From positions 510,001 through 542,000 of the forward strand of contig JBDSDX010000001.1 in the NCBI GenBank assembly GCA_039920285.1: DNA of 32,000 nt. The letters run 5' to 3'. The notes below the pieces were generated by a model that was given only the letters and a program-made list of their open reading frames with translations, had not been told where the DNA came from and did no database searches. Of the stretch, positions 8,249-17,252 are shown one piece after another. How positions within the stretch are numbered: position 1 is the stretch's first letter; each line of letters starts with the position of its first letter. The DNA comes from Candidatus Saccharimonadota bacterium (GTDB lineage: Bacteria; Patescibacteriota; Saccharimonadia; Saccharimonadales; Saccharimonadaceae). Both the position numbers and the translations under genes were made by a program.

Positions 8249-8902
8249 ATGACAGATTTTGAAATTGGACGTATTGAACCCACAGAGCACAATGCGAAGC
8301 TGATCCAGTATATGTCTTTGGTTGACATGCAAATGGGCGGCCATCCTGATGCTTTGAAAGAAGCAAATCCTAATAACGCTGATAAAGTGAAGGCGCAAGC
8401 TGATAAGTTAGATCAGCATCCTGAGCGATATGCCGGAGCTTTCGCTGATGACGAACTTGTCGGATTCATTAAATATGATGATTGGCGCGTTGATCTTGAT
8501 ATGCCGTTTACGCACGGTACAGAACGCATAGATTCACTCATTCGTCGCTATGTACGACACGACTATAGCGTAAAAGGAAATCCTTTAGGAATTATGGGAC
8601 TAGTTTCGGATCCACGCATTGTCGATCGCTACCCTGAAGTAGCTGAGTCAGATATTGACGAGATGCTCGGGCAGTTAACCGATCAAGCAGTCGATGCAGC
8701 ACATTCGGGACGATATCCTCGTGAGATTCGTGTCCCGCATCACTATAATGACCCAGCGCGACGTGCAACCGCATCTCGTAGGTTTGAAACAACTGGGCAG
8801 TCTGCCGTTGTGTTCGGCATGAAACAAGAACTCTTTAGTCGCCCAGCAGTTGCCACAGAGTTAGAGCGATTTGCAGCTGCTCAAGACGAATTTGATAGTT
8901 AG
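8249..8902 (+). CDS. hypothetical protein (217 aa)
   Basis: Clean ORF occupying the position where clpX is often found. TGTATAAT (8231-8238) lies 10 nt upstream; no SD. No confident motif. Confidence 0.6.
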   Translation: MTDFEIGRIEPTEHNAKLIQYMSLVDMQMGGHPDALKEANPNNADKVKAQADKLDQHPERYAGAFADDELVGFIKYDDWRVDLDMPFTHGTERIDSLIRRYVRHDYSVKGNPLGIMGLVSDPRIVDRYPEVAESDIDEMLGQLTDQAVDAAHSGRYPREIRVPHHYNDPARRATASRRFETTGQSAVVFGMKQELFSRPAVATELERFAAAQDEFDS

Positions 8903-8925
8903 TTCAATTTCATAGCATATATATC

Positions 8926-8954
8926 TTGACTTAATCCTAAATAAGTCTCACAAT
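8926..8954 (+). promoter_or_regulatory. sigma70-type promoter for rpoBC (TTGACT-17-CACAAT)
   Basis: TTGACT 8926-8931, 17-nt spacer, CACAAT 8949-8954. Implies a ~145-nt 5' UTR containing an 8-bp inverted repeat (8984-8991 / 9021-9028). Confidence 0.5.
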
Positions 8955-9105
8955 AGGTACTAAGAAGTAGTGTAGCCGTGGTTACTTGTGTCTTGAATGT
9001 GGTGTGGCAGTCACGCATAAACACAAGTGGGACGACCAGCGGTTAAGGGAATCTTCGGCGCCAAGAACCCCTATAAATCTAACTATGCGAGGACAATTCA
9101 GGCCT

Positions 9106-12100
9106 ATGGCAACTACCAAACGTGCGAACGCGAAGCGTATTTTCTTTACTAAAGATGATACTGCTCTCCCTCTACCAAACTTAATTGACCACCAGCGCTC
9201 AAGCTGGCAGGAATTCGTCGAAACCGGACTCGGTGAGATCTTTGCAGAACTCAACCCGATCGACGACTACACGGGACAGAAACTCGCGCTTCGCTTCGGC
9301 CAGTACGCTTTTCATGATCCTAAAAATAGCGAACAGTTCGCTAAAGAAAACAACGTAACCTTTGATGCGCCACTTCACGCTACTGTGGAACTGACCAACA
9401 AAGTAACCGGTGAAGTAAAAGAACAAGAGATCTACTTGGGTGATTACCCATGGATGACTGACCGTGGAACCTTTATCATTAATGGTACTGAGCGTGTCGT
9501 CGTCTCTCAATTGATTCGTAGTGCTGGTGTCTTCTTTACTGCAGACCGCCTCGCAACTCGTAACAACTATGGTGCTAAATTGATCCCAGGCCGTGGTGCA
9601 TGGCTCGAATTCGAGACTGCAACAAACGGTGCTATCTATGTCAAAATCGACCGTCGTCGCAAACTGCCTGTGACAACTCTTTTCCGTGCCCTTGGATACA
9701 ACAAGACATCGGAAATCAAAGCTCTCTTCGAAGGTGTTGACACCGGTGAAGTAAAATATATCGACGCAACTCTCGAAAAAGACCCAGCAAAGGGTACGAA
9801 CGAAGCACTCATCGAAGTCTACCGCCGCCTCCGTCCAGGTGACCTCGCAACAGTCGACAACGCTCGTTCAATGATCGAACGTATGTTCTTTGACTTCAAA
9901 CGATTCGACTACAGCCGTGTTGGTCGTTACAAGCTCAACCAACGCCTCGGTATCGAAGTGCCAAACACGACTGAAAACCGTGTCTTCATGGTCAGTGACC
10001 TCGAAGCAATCGTTCGCGAAATCATTCGCTTGAACAACACCCAAGAACTTGCTGATGACATCGACGCCTTGTCAAACCGTCGCGTTAAACTTGTTGGTGA
10101 ACTCGTTGCACGTCAATTCCGTGTTGGTATGCTTCGTATGCAACGTAACGCCATGGACCGTATGTCTATGAGCGACATTGAAAACGTTTCTCCCTCACAA
10201 CTTATTAACGCTCGTCCTGTCGTGGCCGCTGTTCGTGAATTCTTCGCGAGTTCACAACTTTCACAACTTATGGACGAAACCAACCCACTGGCTGAACTCG
10301 CTCACAAGCGTCGCCTTAGCTCAATGGGTCCTGGTGGACTTTCTCGTGAACGTGCTGGATTCGACGTTCGTGACGCCCACCCAACTCACTACGGACGTCT
10401 TTGTGCCGTTGAGACACCTGAAGGTGCCAACATTGGACTGGTATTGAACCTTGCGGCCTATGCTCGTATTAACGAGTACGGTTTCATCGAAACTCCTTAC
10501 CTTAAGGTTGTAAAGGGTAAAGTTACCGAAGAAGTTGTTTACCTTGATGCTTCCGAAGAAGCGGTTGAAGTGATTGCTGATGCTGGTGCTGAACTCACTA
10601 AAGATGGTAAGTTTGCTGACGAACGTGTCAGTGCACGTAACGGACTTCTCCCTGAACAAGTTGACTCATCAGAAGTGACCTACATGGATGCTGCTCACAA
10701 GCAGATCCTTGGTTCAACTGCCGCTCTTGTGCCATTTGTTGAAAAGAACCGTGTCGACCGTTCATTGATGGCCTCATCAATGCAGAAGCAAGCTGTTCCA
10801 CTCTTGCACCCTGAAGCTCCTGTCGTGGGAACTGGTATCGAAGGCGAAATCGCTCGCAACACCAGCCAACTCGTTGAAGCTGAAGGTGCTGGTGAAGTTG
10901 TCCGTGCTGACGGTGAAGAAGTTCATGTCAAATACGCTGACGGCGTAAAGATCTACAAGCTGATTCACTTTGCGAAATCTAACGACGACCGTTCGATTAA
11001 CCAAAAAGTTCGTGTCGAACGTGGTGAAAAAGTTAAAAAGGGTGACATTCTTATCGAAGGTGCCTCAGTTGACCAAGGTGAAATTGCGCTCGGTCGCGAC
11101 CTCCTCGTTGCTTTCATGCCATGGAATGGCTACAACATGGACGACGCAATCGTTTTGAGCCAACGTCTTATTACTGATGACACACTGACAAGCGTGAACA
11201 TCAAAGACTACACTGTTGAAGTTCGTGAAACAAAGCTCGGTCCTGAAATTGTCACTCGGGACATTCCAAATGTGAGCGAAGAATCACTTCGTCACCTTGA
11301 CGAAAACGGTATCGTTACCCTTGGTTCTGAAGTGAAATCTGGCGACGTTCTCGTCGGTAAGATTACACCAAAGGGTGAACAAGAACTCAGCTCAGAAGAA
11401 CGACTTCTTCGTGCGATCTTCGGTGAAAAAGCCAAAGACGTCCGCGATACTTCACAGCGCATGAATAATGCAGGTGGCGGTAAAGTCGTCGGTATCAAGA
11501 TCTTCTCACGTGAGAATGGTCATGAACTCAAAGCTGGTGTGCTTATGCAAATCCAAATCTTCGTTGCTCAATTCCGTAAGATCTCAGTTGGTGACAAACT
11601 TGCTGGACGTCACGGAAACAAGGGTGTCGTTGCGCGTATTCTTCCAGTCGAGGACATGCCGTACATGGAAGATGGAACAGCAGTTGATGTTGTCTTGAAC
11701 CCACTTGGTGTCCCAAGTCGTATGAACATCGGACAACTGTTCGAAACTCACCTTGGAATGGCTGCTCGTGCACTTGGATACAAAGTTGCAACACCTCCAT
11801 TTAATGGTGTCACTGATGAGACTATCTCTGAAGAACTCGTGAAAGCCGGCTTTAACCGTGATGGTAAGAGTCAACTGTTTGACGGCCGTACTGGTGATGC
11901 CTTTGAAGAGCGCACAACTGTCGGTGTCATGCACATGCTGAAGCTTCACCACATGGTGAGCGACAAGATTCACGCCCGTTCTACTGGACCATACACAATG
12001 GTCACGCAGCAACCACTTGGTGGTAAAGCGCAAAACGGTGGTCAACGATTCGGTGAGATGGAAGTCTGGGCACTTGAAGCATATGGTGCTGCCTCAACAC

Positions 12101-12462
12101 TTCAGGAAATGTTGACAATTAAGTCTGACGACGTCTATGGACGTGCGAAAGCTTACGAATCAATCATTAAGAACGAGCCAATTGTTGGTCCGAAACTTCC
12201 AGAAAGCTTTAACGTTCTCGTTAAAGAACTTCAAGGTCTCGGTCTCCGTGTTGATCTTCTTGATGAATCTGAAGATGCTATTGTCGACGCTGAACAGGTA
12301 ATTGGGAGTGTCATCAATGGCGAACCAGTTCCTATGAGCGATGTGATGGAAGCTGATGAAGTAGAAGTAATTCTCGACGAAGCTGATGAACTTGGCGACC
12401 TCGATGATGGAACCACCATCCAGGATATTGATGAAGTAGAAGAAATTAAGGAGGAGGCGTAA
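9106..12462 (+). CDS. rpoB: DNA-directed RNA polymerase subunit beta
   Basis: Canonical N-terminus MATTKR..LPNLIDHQRSSW starts at ATG 9106. Conserved GRLCAVETPEGANIG, NPLGVPSRMNIGQ, GGQRFGEMEVWALEAYGA. 64-aa acidic C-terminal extension. Confidence 0.97.
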   Translation: MATTKRANAKRIFFTKDDTALPLPNLIDHQRSSWQEFVETGLGEIFAELNPIDDYTGQKLALRFGQYAFHDPKNSEQFAKENNVTFDAPLHATVELTNKVTGEVKEQEIYLGDYPWMTDRGTFIINGTERVVVSQLIRSAGVFFTADRLATRNNYGAKLIPGRGAWLEFETATNGAIYVKIDRRRKLPVTTLFRALGYNKTSEIKALFEGVDTGEVKYIDATLEKDPAKGTNEALIEVYRRLRPGDLATVDNARSMIERMFFDFKRFDYSRVGRYKLNQRLGIEVPNTTENRVFMVSDLEAIVREIIRLNNTQELADDIDALSNRRVKLVGELVARQFRVGMLRMQRNAMDRMSMSDIENVSPSQLINARPVVAAVREFFASSQLSQLMDETNPLAELAHKRRLSSMGPGGLSRERAGFDVRDAHPTHYGRLCAVETPEGANIGLVLNLAAYARINEYGFIETPYLKVVKGKVTEEVVYLDASEEAVEVIADAGAELTKDGKFADERVSARNGLLPEQVDSSEVTYMDAAHKQILGSTAALVPFVEKNRVDRSLMASSMQKQAVPLLHPEAPVVGTGIEGEIARNTSQLVEAEGAGEVVRADGEEVHVKYADGVKIYKLIHFAKSNDDRSINQKVRVERGEKVKKGDILIEGASVDQGEIALGRDLLVAFMPWNGYNMDDAIVLSQRLITDDTLTSVNIKDYTVEVRETKLGPEIVTRDIPNVSEESLRHLDENGIVTLGSEVKSGDVLVGKITPKGEQELSSEERLLRAIFGEKAKDVRDTSQRMNNAGGGKVVGIKIFSRENGHELKAGVLMQIQIFVAQFRKISVGDKLAGRHGNKGVVARILPVEDMPYMEDGTAVDVVLNPLGVPSRMNIGQLFETHLGMAARALGYKVATPPFNGVTDETISEELVKAGFNRDGKSQLFDGRTGDAFEERTTVGVMHMLKLHHMVSDKIHARSTGPYTMVTQQPLGGKAQNGGQRFGEMEVWALEAYGAASTLQEMLTIKSDDVYGRAKAYESIIKNEPIVGPKLPESFNVLVKELQGLGLRVDLLDESEDAIVDAEQVIGSVINGEPVPMSDVMEADEVEVILDEADELGDLDDGTTIQDIDEVEEIKEEA

Positions 12463-12463
12463 T

Positions 12464-15400
12464 ATGTCGCGCGTTGTAGCAAACAATGGTATTGCCGACT
12501 TTGACGCGATTCGTCTGTCAGTCGCAAGCTCTGATGACATCATGAAATGGAGTCACGGAGAAGTTACAAAACCTGAAACGATTAATTATCGTACCCAGAA
12601 ACCTGAGCGTGATGGTCTGTTCTGTGAACGAATTTTCGGTCCAGTCAAAGACATCAACCCACACGATAACAAGCTCAAGGGAGTTCGCTCTCGTGAAGCT
12701 GCTGTCGATAAGAATGGTGACCTCGTTACCAAGTCTATCGTTCGTCGTGAACGCATGGGTCACATTCAACTTGCAAGTCCTGTTGCGCACATCTGGTTTA
12801 TGCGTGGGACACCATCAGCAATGTCACTATTGCTTGGTATCACTGTTCGTAACCTCGAACGTATCGCGTACTTTGCAACCTACGTTGTCTTGAAATCTGA
12901 CGAAGAAAGCCGTGACAAGTTCTTGGCTGACCTCGAAGCAGAGACCGAAGCTGGTCGTGCTGCAATCAAGATGCGTTACGAAAAAGAAGCTGAAGCAGAA
13001 ACTGCTGATGTTAAATCACTTGCTGAATCAATGACCCGTGAAACTGAAGAGTTGAATGAAAGCTACTTGGTCAAGAAAGCTCAACTGGATTCACTGGTAA
13101 AGAACTCACTCATGAGTGAAGTTGATTACCGAAACATGCCAGAAGAGTACCAAGACTTGATCGAAGTTGGTATGGGTGGACTTGCACTGAAAGCACTTCT
13201 TGATGGTATTAACTTGAGCGAACTTATCGCCCAACTGACTGAAGAAGTCGCTGGTGCGAAGGGTCAACGTGAAAAGAAACTACTCAAGCGCCTGAAGGTA
13301 CTTGAAGGTATGCAATCTGCCGGTATCAAGCCTGCGAGTTTGACGCTGACTGTTCTTCCTGTCATTCCACCGGACCTTCGTCCAATGGTGCAATTGACTG
13401 GTGGCCGTTTTGCAACCTCAGACCTAAACGACCTTTACCGTCGTGTCATCAACCGTAACAACCGTCTCAAGAAGTTGATCGAACTCAATGCGCCTGAAGT
13501 CATTCGCCGCAACGAAATGCGTATGCTTCAAGAAGCTGTTGATGCATTGATCGACAACTCAGCTGCTCGTGGTGGCCGTGCGGTTAACGCAACAGGTGGC
13601 CGTCGCCGTCTGAAGTCTATCTCTGACATGCTCAAGGGTAAACAGGGTCGTTTCCGCCAAAACCTTCTTGGTAAGCGTGTTGACTACTCTGGACGTTCAG
13701 TTATTGTGGTTGGCCCTAAGCTTAAGATTTCAGAATGTGGTCTGCCAAAGCAGATGGCACTCGAACTCTTTAAGCCGTTTGTTATTCACTGGTTGATTGC
13801 TGGTGAGTACGCTCACAACATTCGTTCTGCAACTCGTTTGATCGAAGCTGGCGAAGCAGTTGTATGGGATGCTCTCGACTCTGTTATTGAAGGTAAGTAC
13901 GTTCTTTTGAACCGTGCACCATCACTTCACCGTCTTTCAATTCAGGCTTTCATGCCTAAATTGGTTGAAGGTAAAGCAATTCAGCTTCACCCACTTGTCG
14001 CAAACGGTTTCAACGCCGACTACGACGGTGACCAGATGGCAGTTCACTTGCCACTTTCAAAGCAAGCACAACAAGAAGCACGCGAGCTCATGAGCGCAAC
14101 TGCTAACCTGTTGAAGCCTGCCGATGGTGCGCCTGTACTCTCTATTAGCCAGGACGTCGTATTGGGTAACTACTACCTCACATACGCAAAACCAAGTGCA
14201 CAAGTTGACACGATCAAATCGTACAGCTCTGTCTACGAAGCTGAAATGGCATATGAGAACAAGGTAATTCAACTCCAAACGCCAATTCGTGTTTTTGCAC
14301 GTGGCGAAATCCGTTCAACAACACTCGGTCGCGTTTTCTTCAACGAAATCCTACCGGCTGACTTCCCCTACGACAACAACGTACAAAATAAGAAGCAACT
14401 CAAGAAAGTCTTGAACCAAATCTTCGAAAAGTATGGTGCTGAAGGGACTGCTCAGACAGCTGACCGCATCAAGGGACTTGCGTTCCGTTTTGCGACTGTC
14501 TCTGCTGTATCAACAGGTAAAGATGACTACGTCGAATTCGAAGAGACGAAGGAATTCATCGCAGAGGGTGACGCAAAGTCAGCTCTCATTAGCGAACAAT
14601 TCAACCAAGGTCTCATCACCGAAGAAGAACGATATAACCTTACCGTTTCAACCTGGCGTGCAGTGGTGCGTCGTGTTGGTGAATTCTTGGCTGAAAAGCT
14701 CAAGGACATGGATACCAGTGTCTCCGTCATGGTGAACTCTGGTGCTCGTGGTGACATCTCAAACGTTCAGCTTGCAAGCGCTATGATCGGTATCATGGTT
14801 GACGCAACGAACCGTGAGATCGAGCTTCCTATCCGAAGTAACTACAAGCACGGTCTGTCTTCACTTGAGCAATTCGTGGCCACCCGTGGTTCACGTAAGG
14901 GTCTGATTGACACCGCTCTTAAGACTGCTGACTCAGGGTATTTGACTCGTCGTCTCGTTGACGTCTCACAAGATGTCTTCACCGTTGAAGACACCCCTGG
15001 TGATGACGAAGGATTCTCAATCTACCGTGCTGAAACTGAAGAGACAATGATTGACTTCGGTAACCGTCTTTACGGACGATTTGCTGCAGAAGATGTTGCT
15101 GGTCACGTTAACGCTGGTGAGTTGATTAATCGTGAGACTGCAAAGGCGATCGAAGCTGATTCAGAAGTCACGGAAGTTAAAATCCGTTCAGTCCTTTCAA
15201 CCAAGAACCTCCGTGGTGTTCCTCAATCAAGCTATGGTATCGATATGTCGACCAATATGCTTGTTGCGAAAGCACAACCAGTTGGTGTCATCGCTGCTCA
15301 GTCTGTCGGTGAGCCTGGTACCCAGTTGACATTGAAGACCTTCCACGCAAGTGGTGTGGCCGAAAGTGACATCACCCAGGGTCTGCCTCGTGTTGAAGAG

Positions 15401-16303
15401 TTGTTCGAAGCACGTTCTCCAAAGGGACAAGCGTTCGTTACTGAAGTAACCGGACTCGTCGAACAGTGGGAAGATGGCAAGAAGTATATCGTTCAAGTGA
15501 CCCCAGAAGCTGGACACATTGAAACGATTGCTCTCGAAGGCCGAACTGCATCTGTAAAGAATGGTGCTAACGTCAAGGTCGGAGATGTTCTCGCCAGTGG
15601 TGAGAGTGAATCGAAGCCTTTGATCGCTCCATTCGATGGTATCGTTGAAGTAACTCCTGAACACTTAGTCCTTGCGGCAAACGCAAGCTCACCAGTCCGT
15701 TACGAAATCCCGGGTAACTACCAACTCACCGTTAACTCTGGTGACACGGTGCAAGCCGGTGATCGATTGACTGGCGGATCACTCAACCTACACGATTTGA
15801 TGCGCCTCAAGGGCATCGAAGCAACACAGCGTTACATTATCAACGCCGTGCTCCGTATCTACGCCGCACAGGGTCAAGACGTTGCTGACAAGCACCTCGA
15901 GATCATCGTTCGACAAATGTTTAGCCGTGTCCAAGTTGAAGATCCAGGTGATAGCGCCTTTGTGACTGGCGACATCGTTTCAAAAGCCTCTGTTATGGAA
16001 GCAATTGACGTGTTGGCCGCTGAGAAGAAAGAGACGATCGCGTTTACGCAGCTCCTTCTTGGAATCACTAAGGTCTCAATCTGGTCAGACAGCTTCCTAT
16101 CAGCCGCATCGTTCCAAGATACCACTCGTGTCCTGATCAACGCTGCAGTGAGTGGTCGTATCGACCGCCTACACGGCTTGAAGGAAAACGTGATCATCGG
16201 TCGTAAGATCCCTGTTGGTACAGGTGTCACGAGTGCAACTGCGCTCGACACTACTGACGAGGTGACTGCCGAGATCGCTGAAGACCTCGAACTCGCTGCT
16301 TAA
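12464..16303 (+). CDS. rpoC: DNA-directed RNA polymerase subunit beta-prime
   Basis: 1279 aa. AGGAGGAGG SD in the rpoB tail. Catalytic NADYDGDQMAVH, RFATSDLNDLYRRVINRNNRL, SGYLTRRLVDV, GEPGTQLTLKTFH. Confidence 0.97.
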   Translation: MSRVVANNGIADFDAIRLSVASSDDIMKWSHGEVTKPETINYRTQKPERDGLFCERIFGPVKDINPHDNKLKGVRSREAAVDKNGDLVTKSIVRRERMGHIQLASPVAHIWFMRGTPSAMSLLLGITVRNLERIAYFATYVVLKSDEESRDKFLADLEAETEAGRAAIKMRYEKEAEAETADVKSLAESMTRETEELNESYLVKKAQLDSLVKNSLMSEVDYRNMPEEYQDLIEVGMGGLALKALLDGINLSELIAQLTEEVAGAKGQREKKLLKRLKVLEGMQSAGIKPASLTLTVLPVIPPDLRPMVQLTGGRFATSDLNDLYRRVINRNNRLKKLIELNAPEVIRRNEMRMLQEAVDALIDNSAARGGRAVNATGGRRRLKSISDMLKGKQGRFRQNLLGKRVDYSGRSVIVVGPKLKISECGLPKQMALELFKPFVIHWLIAGEYAHNIRSATRLIEAGEAVVWDALDSVIEGKYVLLNRAPSLHRLSIQAFMPKLVEGKAIQLHPLVANGFNADYDGDQMAVHLPLSKQAQQEARELMSATANLLKPADGAPVLSISQDVVLGNYYLTYAKPSAQVDTIKSYSSVYEAEMAYENKVIQLQTPIRVFARGEIRSTTLGRVFFNEILPADFPYDNNVQNKKQLKKVLNQIFEKYGAEGTAQTADRIKGLAFRFATVSAVSTGKDDYVEFEETKEFIAEGDAKSALISEQFNQGLITEEERYNLTVSTWRAVVRRVGEFLAEKLKDMDTSVSVMVNSGARGDISNVQLASAMIGIMVDATNREIELPIRSNYKHGLSSLEQFVATRGSRKGLIDTALKTADSGYLTRRLVDVSQDVFTVEDTPGDDEGFSIYRAETEETMIDFGNRLYGRFAAEDVAGHVNAGELINRETAKAIEADSEVTEVKIRSVLSTKNLRGVPQSSYGIDMSTNMLVAKAQPVGVIAAQSVGEPGTQLTLKTFHASGVAESDITQGLPRVEELFEARSPKGQAFVTEVTGLVEQWEDGKKYIVQVTPEAGHIETIALEGRTASVKNGANVKVGDVLASGESESKPLIAPFDGIVEVTPEHLVLAANASSPVRYEIPGNYQLTVNSGDTVQAGDRLTGGSLNLHDLMRLKGIEATQRYIINAVLRIYAAQGQDVADKHLEIIVRQMFSRVQVEDPGDSAFVTGDIVSKASVMEAIDVLAAEKKETIAFTQLLLGITKVSIWSDSFLSAASFQDTTRVLINAAVSGRIDRLHGLKENVIIGRKIPVGTGVTSATALDTTDEVTAEIAEDLELAA

Positions 16304-16318
16304 TCGTAGACGAGATCA

Positions 16319-16350
16319 CAAAAACGCCTTCCGTTTGGGAGGCGTTTTTG
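16319..16350 (+). terminator. rho-independent terminator after rpoC
   Basis: AAAAACGCCTTCC-gttt-GGGAGGCGTTTTT. Confidence 0.8.
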
Positions 16351-16361
16351 GTTGGTTATGC

Positions 16362-16390
16362 TTTCAATTTTAAAGGGGTAAAGATATAGT
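16362..16390 (+). promoter_or_regulatory. candidate promoter TTTCAA-17-TATAGT
   Basis: The -10 box ends 8 nt before ATG 16399. Confidence 0.4.
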
Positions 16391-16398
16391 GGTTGACT

Positions 16399-17082
16399 AT
16401 GCAAGCTGGTGAAAAACTAAAAGAATTCGTGAGAGAATTCGATCCCTTTGATGAGAGACAGACTCCAACTGACGATCAACTCATCGATATCATTGAACTC
16501 TTCCTTGAGCTAAACAAAGGATTACTCTTGAGGTTCAGCTCGGATGTTCGCATGATGCCTGTATCAGATGAGCACGGCACTGCAACAGCGTTCGAAGTTT
16601 CACTCAAAGTACCCGCACGTGATGGGTCATATCTTCATGTTGTAGTGTTCGGCCACAATAGTGACGATAGCTTGGTTGATACAAATATTTCTGTCATCGA
16701 ACACCTACCTGGCGGCAATTATCAAACCGGACATCTCTACTCATTTTCATACGGAAATGTTGTCCGTTCCGATTTGGGTCTCGATCAAACGGACGACCCT
16801 GACGAGCAAAGGACTCACTTTAGCCTGTTTACTCTTCATGAGTCTCGAGACTTTCTTCGAGAACTCGAACAGAGTGAAGACCCGGAAGAAGTGAGAGTTG
16901 CATTAGAAACGAGAGCACAGCTCGACGATGACGAGAAAAACCTTGATCTTGCAGAACAGATGGGATACAACGTTCAGCCTGTTGATAAAGAAGAAATCGA
17001 AAAATTAGTACTGTTGTTATTTGATGCTGAATCTTTCCCACCCTCGATGTTTCCACATGCAGGTAATGACAGCATTTACTAA
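16399..17082 (+). CDS. hypothetical acidic protein (227 aa)
   Basis: Clean ORF between rpoC and rpsL; ATG 16399 is preferred over TTG 16393. D/E-rich; no recognised motif. Confidence 0.6.
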   Translation: MQAGEKLKEFVREFDPFDERQTPTDDQLIDIIELFLELNKGLLLRFSSDVRMMPVSDEHGTATAFEVSLKVPARDGSYLHVVVFGHNSDDSLVDTNISVIEHLPGGNYQTGHLYSFSYGNVVRSDLGLDQTDDPDEQRTHFSLFTLHESRDFLRELEQSEDPEEVRVALETRAQLDDDEKNLDLAEQMGYNVQPVDKEEIEKLVLLLFDAESFPPSMFPHAGNDSIY

Positions 17083-17092
17083 TCTGTCGCAA

Positions 17093-17103
17093 TCTGTTAG
17101 AAT
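17093..17103 (+). promoter_or_regulatory. extended -10 promoter TCTGTTAGAAT for rpsL-rpsG
   Basis: Variant of the recurrent motif, 10 nt after the stop of the preceding ORF. Implies a ~145-nt leader. Confidence 0.5.
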
Positions 17104-17252
17104 ACAAGGTGAGTTTCCGCTTATCATTACGAGTTAATGTACAAGATTCGTAATACGAGATAAGCACCGTTTTCAAAGGATGCTGACCTGAGAGAACACC
17201 CACATAGCGATTTCTTGCTATGCATCAAATTAATGAGGAAGTTTATTCAAAC

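Noticed and set aside
8986-9105. N-terminal 40-codon extension of the rpoB ORF (TTG start, MCLECGVAVTHKHKW...), which looks like a Cys-containing zinc-finger-like peptide
   Set aside because: The canonical RpoB N-terminus begins at ATG 9106. The extension starts at a TTG with no SD and lies in the predicted 5' UTR downstream of the TTGACT-17-CACAAT promoter. It has no similarity to known RpoB N-termini.
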